NCBI GenBank assembly: GCA_951406725.2
Contig: OX597818.1
Span: forward strand, 139,314,001-139,378,000
Length of the DNA stretch: 64,000 nucleotides
Direction of reading: 5' to 3'
DNA from: Octopus vulgaris
Lineage: Eukaryota
Shown here: one piece after another, positions 14,058 through 27,245 of the stretch
Layout of the letters: each line of letters opens with the position of its first letter
How positions within the stretch are numbered: position 1 is the first letter of the stretch
Translations under genes and position numbers: made by a program
Notes under the pieces: generated by a model
The model's database searches: none
The model's input: only the letters and a program-made list of their open reading frames with translations
What the model was told of the DNA's origin: nothing

Positions 14058-14459
14058 TGTATATGTATACGTATATATATATATGTGTGTGTGTATATAT
14101 ATACATATATGCACGCACATATATATAGTATATGTCTATATATTCCCAAATATACTATATGCGATACATATGCATTCACACGCATGCATGCATTTATATA
14201 TATACATATATAATTACATATACAGATATATACATGCGTATATACATAGATATAGATATATGTACGTAATATATACATGCATATATGTATATACACAACC
14301 CTATTTACACACATACTGATCTGTAATTGTTATACATGTATATAGACTGAAGCGTACATATGTATATATTCTCTCATTGTTGCACACACACACACTACCA
14401 TATATTCTTATACACACAAATAGTCAATCACATTTATCATGAATACAACAGTTCCCTTC

Positions 14460-14874
14460 TTATTTCTTAATTGCCCACAAGGGGCTAAACATAGAGGGGA
14501 CAAACAAGGACAGACAAAGGGATTAATTCGATTATACCGACCCCACTTCGTAACTGGTACTTATTTAATCGAACCCGAAAGGATGAAAGGCAAAGTTGAC
14601 CTCGGCGGAATTTGAACTCAGAACGTAACGGCAGACGAAATACCTATTTCATTACTACCCACAAGGGGCTAAACACAGAGAGAACAAACAAGGACAGACA
14701 AACGGATTAAATCGATTATATCGACCCCAGTGAATAACTAGTACTTATTTAACCGAACCCGAAAGGATGAAAGGCAAAGTCAACCTCGGCGGAATTTGAA
14801 CTCAGAACGTAGCGGCAGATGAAATACCGCTAAGCATTTCGCCCGGCGTGCTAACGTCTCTGCCAGCTTGCCGC
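14460..14874 (-). mobile_element. SINE family B, head-to-tail composite
   Basis: Two near-identical bodies joined at gaaatag|gtatttcgtc (~14645). Confidence 0.9.
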
Positions 14875-14927
14875 TTCCCTTCTGCATTATAAATGTTTTT
14901 TCGTTTTATCATTTTTCTTAAATGGAA

Positions 14928-15020
14928 GGCGGCGAGCTGGCAGAGAAACACTGAGATCGATGTAATCGACCATCTCCCTCCCTGAAATTTCAGGCCTTGT
15001 GCCTATAATAGAAAGGATAT
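14928..15020 (+). mobile_element. SINE family B, internally deleted
   Basis: Head ggcggcgagctggcaga fused to tail aggccttgtgcctataatagaaagg. Confidence 0.7.
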
Positions 15021-15220
15021 TTTTCTTATGTACTTTTACGTGTCTATGTATGTATGTATGTATGTATGTATGTATGTATGTATGTATGTATGTATCTATC
15101 ATGTAAATGAGAGTATGTGTGTGTTTATGTGTGTCTGGATATATGTACATTTATATTTCAATACATACACACACAAACACATACATGCATATATAAATAC
15201 ATAAATACATACATTATAAT

Positions 15221-15530
15221 TCCCATTTGTACCTATCACTATATGTCCATTAGCTTATATGCCAACAATTTTGCACAAAAACCTTGAAATATTCTGAAAA
15301 AAGATACCGACACGGATTCTCGAAATCTAATCTATTAATGGTACAGTGAATATTTGTAAAGAAATTCCAAGAATTCTCCATCAGAGATTCTTATATGAAC
15401 AGATGCACACACCTGGGTGCATGCATCAACTGTTCAACCAACACACCAACTCAACCATATATTTACAAACACTGGGAACTGTTATGACTCAAAAAGTATC
15501 GTCACTCTGTTGGCAACCAGCTTGAACTCT
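15221..15530 (+). mobile_element. Older diverged copy of the R4/Dong-like LINE 3' end
   Basis: Collinear with 16031-16300. Confidence 0.55.
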
Positions 15531-15581
15531 CTCAAGAGGAGCTTAAATTAAACTCGAAGAAATGTCATACATCCAATCATA

Positions 15582-15908
15582 TACATTCAAACATAAAAGA
15601 GATACCCGAAGAATAGGATATCTGACTCGCTAGAAAGAGCAGTTAAAAACTCTAAGCCACCAATTGTTGTAATTCTGAAAGTGATCGAAAAATAAAAACG
15701 TCACTTTCGGAATTATAACAATTGGTGACTTGGAGTTTTTAACTGCTCTTTCTAGCGAGTCAGATATCCTATTCTTCGGGTATCTCTTTTATGTTTGAAT
15801 GTACACTGTATTATTCTCTGAATAATATATAGTCTATTGACTAGACCACTGGTAACTAAGAATTTTTCAATAAATATTCTTGTTACCCTAAGTTTTTAAT
15901 TAATGATA
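15582..15908. mobile_element. Foldback insertion: 103-bp inverted arms (15582-15684, 15701-15803) plus tail
   Basis: Near-perfect inverted repeat; 12-bp direct repeat caatcatataca at 15574-15585 and 15909-15920. Confidence 0.75.
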
Positions 15909-15921
15909 CAATCATATACAT

Positions 15922-16300
15922 ATAGCTGGTTAGCAGATGTGAATGTACCACCCAAAGTCCAAGTAAAAGAGGTCTTCACGGTGAATTGATACGGAGGACT
16001 CACTGTTCTTGTACCCTGACTATAAATTGTCTTTTGTACCTACCATTATAGGTGCATTAGGCTATTTACCTACAAATTCACAGAAAAAACATAAAATACG
16101 AGGTTTCTCGAAGAAAGAGCAACAGAAACTGACGCGGATTCTCCAAATCCAATCTATTAAGCAGCACAGTGAGGATTTGTAAGACATTTCAAAGAATCTC
16201 CATCTGAAAATCTTTAGACACACATGCACACACTTCGACGTGTGTATCGACAGCTCAAACAACACACCAACTCAACCACTTCCTCAACTCAAAAAGTCTT
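15922..16300 (+). pseudogene. 3' end of an RLE-type non-LTR retrotransposon (R4/Dong/NeSL-like)
   Basis: Frameshifted translation ADVNV..KVQVKE / LYPDYKLSFVPTIIGALGYLP / STVRICKTF resembles the C-terminal restriction-like endonuclease region. Confidence 0.7.
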
Positions 16301-16322
16301 GTTGCTTTTATAAAGAACTTCA

Positions 16323-16894
16323 TGTGATGTGAATATCCTAGTGCACTTTTGGGGTGCACAAAGCAATCACTACTCGTTCGTTACTTTAATAATCCAGATT
16401 CTCTACAAGTCAGAAACAACAGGACGCAGACGTAAAATATACATATAACTACTTTATTCTCTTTCTTGGTAAACAATAACAATAAGTGTGTTATCTGATG
16501 TCCTTGATTCTGGGCGCGCAAGGCTGAAAGTTAATAGATTGTAATATTTACAATATCCAGCCCTAAAACAGAAAGGGGTCAAGATGGCGTCGAACAATGG
16601 AGACGATGTTGGTCTGCAACAATTTGGTAAGGACTGCTAGAATCAGTTCGAACGGAGAGAATATATGCGTGACTGTCGCCGTCAATCGCTGGGTCCCAAG
16701 TCCCCGCTTGCTGCCGCCAGTGGTCAAACGTTCTACGACCCCCCTGCCTCGCTAACTGCCACGCAGGCAAAAGGGTCGTGCTTCCGGTGGTTCGCGCATG
16801 CGCGAGAGGGCCCCTCCTCTCACTTGGTGAAGGCACCAACATGCGCGAAATACAAATGGACGGCGCGCGCGCGCACCGTTATAATATCACTACA
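16323..16894 (-). mobile_element. Candidate solo LTR
   Basis: TG...CA termini with short inverted ends; minus-strand AATAAA at 16453-16458; CpG-rich; TSD only imperfect (cttca/ctttc). Confidence 0.45.
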
Positions 16895-17175
16895 CTTTCT
16901 TAGCGACAGGCTCGAACTCTTTTAAGAACTTAAATAAAACTCAACGTAAAAACATATATTCATACATATTTGTAAACACAAGTTCGCGTGCCGTTAGTCA
17001 GTCGGCATTCGAGACACAAACTGATATGTAATCTAAAACTACGAAACAGGGCATTAAACCCGCAATTATTTCAGATAATAATCCTGTCGGTTTTACCACG
17101 TGTACAACATAATGGAAGAATTGCTGTCAGCGTGAAATATCCTGTGATCTGAACCGACCATTGGAAGTCAAAATA

Positions 17176-17389
17176 TTGGTTTCAAATTTTGGCACAAGGT
17201 CAGCAACTTTGGGAGAGGATGAAAATCGATTATGTCAACCTCAGTACTCAACTAGTGTTCCTTTCATCGACCCCGAAATGATGAAAAGCGAAGTCGACAT
17301 CAGTGGAATTTGAACTCAGAACGTAAAGACGGACGAAATGTGGCTAAGCATTTTACCTGGCGTACTTACGATTCTGCTAGCTCACCGCC
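17176..17389 (-). mobile_element. SINE family B
   Basis: Head, box B and ccttgtgccaaaatttgaaacc tail. Confidence 0.8.
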
Positions 17390-17399
17390 TTACGCATAT

Positions 17400-17802
17400 G
17401 GGTGGAAGCACTCCGTTGGTTACGACGATGAGGGTTCCAGTTGATCCGATCAACGGAACAGCCTGCTCGTGAAATTAACGTGTAAGTGGCTGAGCACTCC
17501 ACAGACACGTGTACCCTTAACGTAGTTCTCGGGGATATTCAGCGTGACACAGAGAGTGACAAAGCCGGCCCTTTGAAAATACAGGTACAACAGAAACAGG
17601 AAGTAAGATCGAGAGAAAGTTGTGGTGAAAGAGTACAGCAGGGATCACCACCATCTCCTGCCGGAGCCTCGTGGAGCTTTAGGTGTTTTCGCTCAATAAA
17701 CACTCACAACGCCCGGTCTGGGAATCCCGGTCTGGGAATCGAAACCGCGATCCTACGACCGCGAGTTCGCTGCCCTAACCACTGGGACATTGCGCCTCCA
17801 CA
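17400..17802 (-). mobile_element. tRNA-derived SINE family C (possibly the octopus OR-type SINE)
   Basis: Head gtggaggcgcaatg..cagtggttagg, ggtttcgattccc; 12-bp TSD ccttacgcatat (17388-17399, 17803-17814). Confidence 0.9.
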
Positions 17803-18702
17803 CCTTACGCATATACATAATATTGAAATGCGTATAAGAAGACCTAGTGTAATTAAAGTAAGCGTAAAATATAATTACCAGTCGTAATTCGTTCCTAAAT
17901 GCAACAACTTCTTATAACGGAGAATGAGACTGTTCGTAGACTAATGGCTCAATGATGGTTAATTAGGAAAATAATTATAACGACATATCTTATTTGACGA
18001 CATGTCATGATATGAAGTTTGAAATAGAGCGAGAAAATAAACACGTATAAAGAAAAGTAATGACATCAATCAACTAGAGAATGTGGACTCAGTAATGAGC
18101 TTCTTACCAAAACGGTATTCTCCCGGGTCAGAAAGAGTAATGACTCACAAAGCAAATTCTCCTATAGATCAACGATAGAGATAAAATGATGAAGAAACAT
18201 ACAAAAACAGAATTTCTCTTAAGAGAATCCAGTTCACTGTTAGGGCAGGGGAGTGGGCAATAAATATATTATCAGAAGAGTCGTAGGATTGTCTTTCGCG
18301 TTGTTGTTCTTGCTTAACCCCAGGTGAGCACTAATCACGTAGATATTTTGGTTGTTATTGTTGTTGCTGTTGTTGCTTTTGTTATTGTTGTATGTGGTTG
18401 CTATTGTTGCTGTTTAACCCCAGGTCAGCTACAATCAAGTAGATCTATGATTGTAGTTGTTTTTGTTCAACCACAAAACAGCCACGAGCTAATAGACCCC
18501 ATGACTCTCCTGTTGCTGCTGTACTTGTTTAACTCAAGGTCAGTCCGATCGCGTAGATCTATTGTTAGTATTCTTGTTTTTGTTGTTGTTGTTGCTGTTT
18601 CTATGGTGGTGGTGGTAGTGATTGTCGATGCTGTTTTTGTTTAACCCCAGGTCAATCCGCATCAGGTGGACCTGTGGTTATTCTACTATTATGTTTTGTT
18701 AA

Positions 18703-18875
18703 GGCGGCAAGATGGCTGAACTGCTAGCACGCCAGACAAAGCACTTAGCAGCATTTCGTATGCCTTTACATTCTGGATTTATGCTCCACAAAGTTCGACT
18801 TTGCCTTTCGTCCTTTCTTGGTCGATAAAATAAGTACCAATCAAGTACTAGAGTTGACTCAGTCGACTTCCCCCT
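18703..18875 (+). mobile_element. SINE family B, diverged
   Basis: Head ggcggcaagatggctga and body motifs. Confidence 0.7.
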
Positions 18876-19142
18876 CATCATCATTCATCATTGTACGACC
18901 GTAGTCGAGACAATGGAATTTACCATGATACGCCGGACTTCACGGTCCATCATGGCATTACGGAGGTCCTGTTGTTGGATGCCTGTATCCCTGGAGATTA
19001 CATCAGGGTAGGAGAGTGTGCGCCCTCTGGTATTGCGGGTAGATGGCTTCCAGAGGAGAAGAGTATAAATTACTTCTTTTTCAGCTCTACAACAATGTCC
19101 AGCAAACTGGACTCTCTTACCTTTCACAAGAGATGACACAGG
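18876..19142 (-). mobile_element. RTE-clade LINE 3' fragment
   Basis: RVQFAGHC.R...LLWKP...GR..Y...DR..RR; (TGA)n tail; nearly identical to 28038-28305. Confidence 0.9.
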
Positions 19143-20129
19143 CTGCTTGCTCTTGCCAAGATATTATATCTAAAGTGTTGTTTAACCCAAGGATAGCAAT
19201 AATCATGTTGACCTATGATAGTTTATAATATAGTTATTGTTAATGTTGCTGTTTAACCTCAGATCAGCTATGATCAAGCAGGCTATGAATCTTGTTGTTG
19301 TTGGTGTTGATATTGTTGTTTAGTTCCAGTTCACTTGCAACCAAATAAACCTATCATTGATACTGATTTTGTTATCGAAGCTGCATTTGTTTAGCTCCAG
19401 ACCATCCCTGCCCAAGTAGAAATATTATGAAAAGTGTCTGAACCACGAACACTATTTTACCTTTTTTTCTGACATTTTATTTCTAACTGTGTAACTGCTC
19501 CGAAATACGTAGTTCAATCCCACTGCACTGTATTTTAAACAAAATATCTATCTTCTATGAAAGCCAAGTGTCAATCAAAGCCTTGAAATCTGCTTGATGA
19601 AAATTGTGGCGTTGACTGAATCTATTACCCGCGATTAATATCGTTAGCCGGTTCTTGTGATTCTTTGACGGTGCCCATTTCGTTGCAATCATTTAGGTTT
19701 TATTGAAGAACACTGTGACTTGGAGCAACATGATTAGTGGTTCTTGATGCCTCGAAATGCCGGCAGATTATGATGACCCGTGAAAAATTATGTCCAATTT
19801 CATTTCAAGTTATAATGGTCAGTTGCTTTACATGGAAGTGACCGCTATCAAATAATTCCAAACCTATATAATTAATATTATGAAACTGAAATTTATCAAT
19901 AGTGACAACATGCTACATTTTGAGTTCAAATGGTGTAGGATTTGAACTCAAAATGATTCTTGTCTTACATTACTGGAACCCCATGTGTTTTTAAAAACAA
20001 ACCATCATATTTTTATAATTAGATATCAGGAATTATATAAAAAATTGCGAAAACATTTCGTGTATTGTAGAAGTATACCCAATTTATTGCTCAAAGACTT
20101 TAACAACAATATCTTATATGAACCTCTAA

Positions 20130-20530
20130 GGCTCTATATGGTCAATTAATCTGATAGATTAATCACAGCCAAATCACACTGTTTGATATTAAAAGGCTAA
20201 GGAGATATGGATGTTATCCTGTAAGCCTTATTATCAGAATAACACATCACAGGATTGTCACGCGTCGAGCGCTTTTGATCAATTTTCTTCACAATTGTAT
20301 CCGACCTCGGATATACAGCAACAACAAACAGTTCATTGCCATTCGAGCCAATGATGGAGTCACTTCCGATTCACTCGAAGTGCTAGAAGTAGTAGCCAAA
20401 TCTCTTTAGAATAGCTTGCTATTTTTCATCATTAAATATAACACACATAAGACAGTGTTGTCCAAGGGACACTATACCCGAAAAGAAGTCAGATGTCTTC
20501 GTCATGGCTAGCAAGCCTGTAGTTCGTAAT
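20130..20530 (+). mobile_element. Two diverged copies of an unclassified (CAA)n-tailed retroelement (family D)
   Basis: Motifs ctagaagtagtagccaaatctc and gtcatggctag, plus a CAA tail; related copies at ~39190-39370 (-) and ~62670-62880 (-). Confidence 0.5.
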
Positions 20531-20564
20531 TCCACCCCAGTGGTAAAATGGTAGAGTTCGGTTT

Positions 20565-20757
20565 TACAGGTTATCCAGCTAAACGGGACGCCGGTCCGTC
20601 ATATAATTACTCATGTTTGCTATCTGAGTGGACTGGAGCAACGTGAAATAAAGTGTTTTGCTGAAGAAGACAACGCACCGCCCGGTCCAGGAATCGAAAC
20701 CACAATCCTACGAGGATGAATCCAATCACCCTGACCACTCAGCAACGCGCCTCCACA
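20565..20757 (-). mobile_element. tRNA-derived SINE family E (C-like head)
   Basis: Head gtggaggcgcg...gtggtcagg, box B; body aaacactttatttcacgttgctccagtccactcag shared with 29096 and 48617. Confidence 0.75.
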
Positions 20758-21723
20758 GCAGAAGTGGAGGTAATCAGGAGTTAAGGAACAACAGAAACAA
20801 CAATAACAAACACAACAACAGGAACAATTAACTGCCACGACGCTAAACCAATTCCTGCTCCACTTCAAAACCTCGACACATTCCACTTCACTCTAGGACC
20901 ACCTTTGCTGAACCTTAGAACCACAATCCCATTACAATCAACAATGACTATCGCTAAATAAGAAATCTGAACTTAAATAGAAATTTTGATTGATTCCTTC
21001 ACACAAACAGTTCTCTATCCGAAGTCTTGGAGCAGGTTTTAATAACATGAAGCACCAACACCGACACACCCATCCGTGTTCATGATAATTCAAGTAATTA
21101 CAATTTCCACTGAACAATTCATAAATAACAAAACGTGTGTGCATGTGTGTGTGTATGTGTGTGTGTGCGTGTTCCTGCGTGTGTGTGTGCGTGTTCCTGC
21201 GTGTGTGTGTGCGTGTTCCTGCGTGTGTGTGTAGAGTGTATGCGTGGTATGCTGTGTGCTGCGTATGAAGGGGGAGAATGCAAGTCAAAGTTGAGATAAA
21301 ATATTTACATTTCTTGAGATAACGCCATATTCTGATTGATATACACACACATACATACGCACACACAAAGGCACACACACAAAGAGACAAACACACGCAC
21401 ACACGTACACACACATATACAGAGACAGACAGACACAGACATACACACACACGCATATCTATATTTATACATGCTTACATACATGCGTGTATAGCTATTA
21501 TTGAATTACGTAAAAGACGCACACATATTCATACACGTGGGTCCGTCCATTCGTGTATCTATGTGTATAACTGTATATATAATACAAAGTATGTGAATGT
21601 ATGTATGCATATGGAAATACAATAATATATGTGCATATATATATACACACACACACACATAAATATTTGAATGTATATACAGTTATTAAAGTTAAAGATG
21701 CTGAAGATAATATGATGTATATA

Positions 21724-21832
<109 letters not shown>

Positions 21833-21839
21833 ATGTATG

Positions 21840-21870
<31 letters not shown>

Positions 21871-22390
21871 GAATGCGCAGTTGCATATTTTATAATACAA
21901 AAATTTATGCACTAACATATGCATATATACATATATGATATAAAATATATAATATATACAGTATATACATACGTATCTATATGCATGTGTATGGCTGAGG
22001 ACTGTTACTATGTATGTCTCCGTACGAACATATTTTTCATACATGCTCATATACGCGGTTGTTGTGTATAAATATAGGTTAATATAAGTAATTGATTTGT
22101 ATTTAAAATCCTTTTGCCTTGTTGCATCGGTCTAATACTGTGTCTCAGATCAATATCAGTTAATTAGACTTTATTGATCAACAACTGGGCATTGTATTTG
22201 TTACTGAGAGTGGAAATCAGAGATAAGACATTATAAGAACAGAGTAAAATAATGCAGTTTGTTGGCGATCTTCATTTTGCACAAGATATTATTTATTGTA
22301 GAAATGAGAAATTCTGCATATGTATGTACATCTGCCTGTCTGTGTGCACATATATACATACATACATATATATATATTTGTTTGTGTGTG

Positions 22391-22635
22391 AAGGCGCGTG
22401 GCCTAGTGGTTAGAATTTTACATTCAGGATCGCTAGAATGTTTGTTCGATTCCCGGTCTTGGCAGCGCGTTTTTTTCTTGGGTTCACATCGGTCCAGTTC
22501 ACCTAGTTGTAAATGGGCAATCCCGTAGCAGAATGACTCTCCGATCAGGGAGAATGCAGGATTTTTCGCTTAGCCAACGGGATGGCATCATTTGAAAGCT
22601 AAAACAATGTGAAGCGCATTGTGACGAGCGATGCA
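22391..22635 (+). mobile_element. SINE family E-like, diverged
   Basis: ggcgcgtggcctagtggttag...gttcgattcccgg. Confidence 0.6.
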
Positions 22636-22877
22636 TACCGTCGATACCATGACATGCATGCACGAATGTATGTATGTATTATATATGTTGTTTGTCTTGT
22701 ACTGTTTTTTCGTTGTTAAAAAAAGGTCCGTTTCCATGTTTGTTTTTACGTTTTCGTTTCTCGTTGAGTTCTACGTCTACTTGTGGTGTCCTGTACTCAC
22801 GTATATATATTTATATATGCATGTATATATACATGTAAATGTAGGTACGTACATATATGTATGTATGTATGTATGTA

Positions 22878-22924
<47 letters not shown>

Positions 22925-23089
22925 TAAATATTAGGGAATAAATCCAAATTTACAGGGAAAAAAAATCAGATTTAAGATTAAATCCAATTTTATAGTAAAA
23001 TATTATAAAATATTATTAGAGACAAAACCACTATTTTGCAAAACAAACAAGGAAAGACTTAATCAATACATAAAATTTTTATAAATAGT

Positions 23090-23126
<37 letters not shown>

Positions 23127-23361
23127 GATAAGAGACAATTGACAAGAATCCATAAACTTGAAACATCGATGTTTGGGATTCCTGATAGATGGCGACACTG
23201 AACAAGCCGTGTGTTTCTACACCTTTTACCATAAGAGAGACATTTTCTTCACGGTAGCTGTAGTGCATTTGCCTTTCAGCAGTTGAAATATATCACAAAC
23301 ATATTTTAACTAGCCTAAATTAATATAAATAAATATAAATACACACACACACAAAAAAAAC

Positions 23362-23431
<70 letters not shown>

Positions 23432-23463
23432 CATATATAAACATATACATATATAAACATATA

Positions 23464-23526
23464 CTTTATTTATAGCAGCAGAAAATTCAACAAAACCTGT
23501 TGAATTTTCTGCTGCTTTAAATAAAG
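23464..23526. repeat. 29-bp inverted repeat with 5-nt loop, followed by a unique tail to ~23600, flanked by (TA)n
   Basis: ctttatttatagcagcagaaaattcaaca / tgttgaattttctgctgctttaaataaag, 1 mismatch. Confidence 0.85.
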
Positions 23527-23780
23527 CATATTACTCTACCACTGGTATTTGAGTACTCTTTTTTCCACCTTGTTTCACATTTATGTGTTTACTCCGGTAT
23601 ATAAATACATATATATACATCATATATTTCGTTTTGGGATTTGGTTTGCAAGATTCTTTATATGAGTTCGTGTGAACAGAATATATTATATATATATATA
23701 TTTTTTTTTTCTTCTTCTACCTCTTCTTCTTCTTCTTCTTCTTCTTCTTCTTCTTCTTCTTCTTCTTCTTCTTCTTCTTC

Positions 23781-23812
<32 letters not shown>

Positions 23813-23885
23813 CTTTTTCTCCTCCTCCTCCTTCTTCTTCTTTTAATATTTTCATTATTATTATTATTATTTTTATTATTATTAA

Positions 23886-24078
23886 GGCAGAATCATTAGT
23901 ACGCCGGACAAAACGCTTAGCGGTATTCCGTCCGTCTGCCCGTTCTGAGTTCAAATTCCGTCGAGGTCGACTTTGCAATTAATCCTGGTGAGTTCGATAA
24001 AAAAATACATACCAGTTGCGCTCTAGGGTCGATGTGATCAACTAGCCCACCCTTCCCACAAAAATTTCAAACCTTGTA
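23886..24078 (+). mobile_element. SINE family B, 3' end interrupted by a CR1 fragment
   Basis: ggcagaatcattag...gagttcaaattccg...aaatttcaaaccttgt. Confidence 0.75.
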
Positions 24079-24079
24079 C

Positions 24080-24600
<521 letters not shown>

Positions 24601-24637
24601 TTTATTATTATTATTATCATCATTATTATTATTATCA

Positions 24638-25192
24638 TTGAGTGAGAGAGCAGTTCATGCCATCAAAGTGACACTGGGGTAAAATATACGAAGCCCAATA
24701 TACCCATCATGACTACCCGTCTGATAAAGGTACACCAGGCACATGCATCACAACCATATGTGTGCGACATGGTGATCTCATATCAAGATAAACAGCACAT
24801 GACCTTGCAGGTGGGGCCCAGTTAGAATTTTCTTCAAGTCGAGTAGCCCATCCCGCTCAAACGGTCCCTGAATAAGGGTTGTTTAAGGATGTTGAAAGAA
24901 CCACTCATGTTTCCAGAGGTGAACTATTCAAACCCCAAAGAATCCCTCTCAACACATGGCTATGATGCTCCCCCACTACTTCTGCTCGTGATCAGAGATG
25001 CACATGTCGTCAGCCACTAAGGGACATGCTCAACTGGTTAAGGTCAAACAACTGACAAGCAAATCTGTGGTATTGAGCAGAATATTTGCTGTAGCCCATC
25101 TTTTATACCAAGACAAAACAATGTACATGATAACACTTCCAATCAGTTAAGATCAGAAGCCATGAGAGCCACTGCCTGGTACTGCATCAGGG

Positions 25193-25193
<1 letters not shown>
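24638..25193 (-). mobile_element. ~550-bp non-coding element flanked on both sides by (TAA)n
   Basis: Sharp boundaries within the TAA microsatellite; orientation inferred. Confidence 0.5.
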
Positions 25194-25266
<73 letters not shown>

Positions 25267-25286
25267 TTCTTCTTCTTCTTCTTCTT

Positions 25287-25353
<67 letters not shown>

Positions 25354-26139
25354 CGTTTAAAGGATTATTATTATTATTGCTGTTGTTGCTATTGTTATTC
25401 ATGTGTTCTTGGTGTGTTATTAGTGGTGGTGCCACTAGCATTCTTGTAATAACCAGGGGCCTATTTAAACGGTTGTTCTGACCGTCTAAACCTCGTGGCT
25501 GATTGTCTTCGTAAAGAATTAATATCGTTGGTTCGTAATGTTCAAAATTAAGCTACGCTTATATTCTCTTTACGTCTAGACATTACACACCACATCACCT
25601 CTCTCTCTCACTCACTCTTTCCCTCTCTCTTTCTCTCACTCGCTCTCTCTTTCCCTCACTCACACATACACACAAACACATCCGCTTACACACACACATA
25701 TAGGATTTAGCATCATTTACATCTACATTCGTCCTCAATTCTTTTAGACATTTGTATAAGTATTGTTTTCATAACATGCCTATTTATTTTGTTTGTTCTA
25801 TCTGTTTCTCTCCTTATGCTATTTTTACACTTCTAATTACCCATCATTCAAAGAAAAGAACAGAAAGGGATAAGTATATCTACCACTTAACCAATATATA
25901 CATGTGTGTGTGTGTGTATGTGTGCGTATTCTTTTTTTAATTTTCACGAAGGAGCACGGTATTCTGTATATGTGTATATGCGATGTGTCTGTATACGTAA
26001 GTATGTGTTTGAATATGTTACAAAAGCAAAAGAAAAATATTTCTGTTTCCATATCGTTTTCATATACCTTAACACTGATAAAGAAAACAAACATAAAAGA
26101 ACAATAACTAAAAATAAAAAATAACATACAATAATAATG

Positions 26140-26209
<70 letters not shown>

Positions 26210-26836
26210 CAACAACAACAACAACAACAACAATAATAATAATAAACTGATGAAAGGAACGATCAAATAACTTAAAGATGGTCGTTAACAACTGAATGAC
26301 ACTTCAGTTAAGGGTGGCAATAATTATGCACACAATTACCTATCTTTAGCACAAAGGAGTGACAAAGAGAGCGCGAGAGAGGATACGAGTAGGGGGGAGA
26401 TATGAAGACAGAAGGAGAGAAGGAACGAGAGAGAGAGAGAGAGAGAGCAGAGAGAAAGTGAGAAAGTGAGAAAGGAATGGAGAGACAGATGGGTGACGGG
26501 ATATATCTAATATAAATATGCAATAAGAAATTCAATATGAATGGGCATAATGAGTTGCTACTTTGAGAAACCCAAAACAAAAACAGGGCATAAGAAAATG
26601 TAGAAGAGAGAAAAAATACACGTAGTTAATGATGATACACGTTTAAATATTTTTCAGAATGATTCCCTAGCAGAGCCGCCAAATATATTTTTACAAGGAA
26701 GAGCTAGATAGTGACTGCGAAGTTCTGGCTCATTTGCCTTTTCTGCAAATTAAATTTCTTTCTCTGATTATCTTTATTGCATACTCCTTCGTTTTATGGT
26801 TGATTAATGTTATACCTAAATATATACATATAAAGA

Positions 26837-27245
26837 GCGTGTGGCTGTGTGGTAAGTAGCTTGCTAACCAGCCACATGGTTCCGGGTTCAGTCCCACTGC
26901 GTAGCATCTTGGGCAAGTGTCTTCTGCTATAGCCTCGAGCTGACCAATGCCTTGTGAGTGGATTTGGTAGACGGAAACTGAAAGAAGCATGTCGTATATA
27001 TGTATATATATGTATATATGTGTGTGTGTTTGTGTGTGTGTGTTTGTCCCCCTAGCATTGCTTGACAACCGATGCTGGTGTCTTTACGTCGCCGTAACTT
27101 AGCGGTTCGGCAAAAGAGATCGATAGAATAAGTACTGGGCTTACAAAGAATAAGTCCTGGGGTCGATTTGCTCGACTAAAGGCGGTGCTCCAGCATGGCC
27201 GCAGTCAAATGACTGAAACAAGTAAAAGAGTAAAAGAGTAAGAGT
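26837..27245 (+). mobile_element. SINE family A, near full-length
   Basis: Consensus match; (TAAAAGAG)n tail. Confidence 0.92.

Larger units (their letters stand above)
18314..19430 (-). repeat. Array of ~9 degenerate ~38-nt units separated by (GTT)n-like spacers, interrupted by a SINE B and an RTE fragment
   Basis: Units like tttaaccccaggtcagctacaatcaagtagatctatga at ~18314, 18413, 18466, 18528, 18640, 19180, 19251, 19318, 19389. Confidence 0.7.

Noticed and set aside
18314-19430. CRISPR-like repeat-spacer appearance
   Set aside because: Degenerate repeats, low-complexity spacers of variable length, no cas genes, eukaryotic context
27202-27230. SINE A tail cagtcaaatgactgaaacaagta resembling the 3' half of a hammerhead
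   Set aside because: No CUGANGA or stem I upstream; better explained as a LINE-type 3' stem-loop
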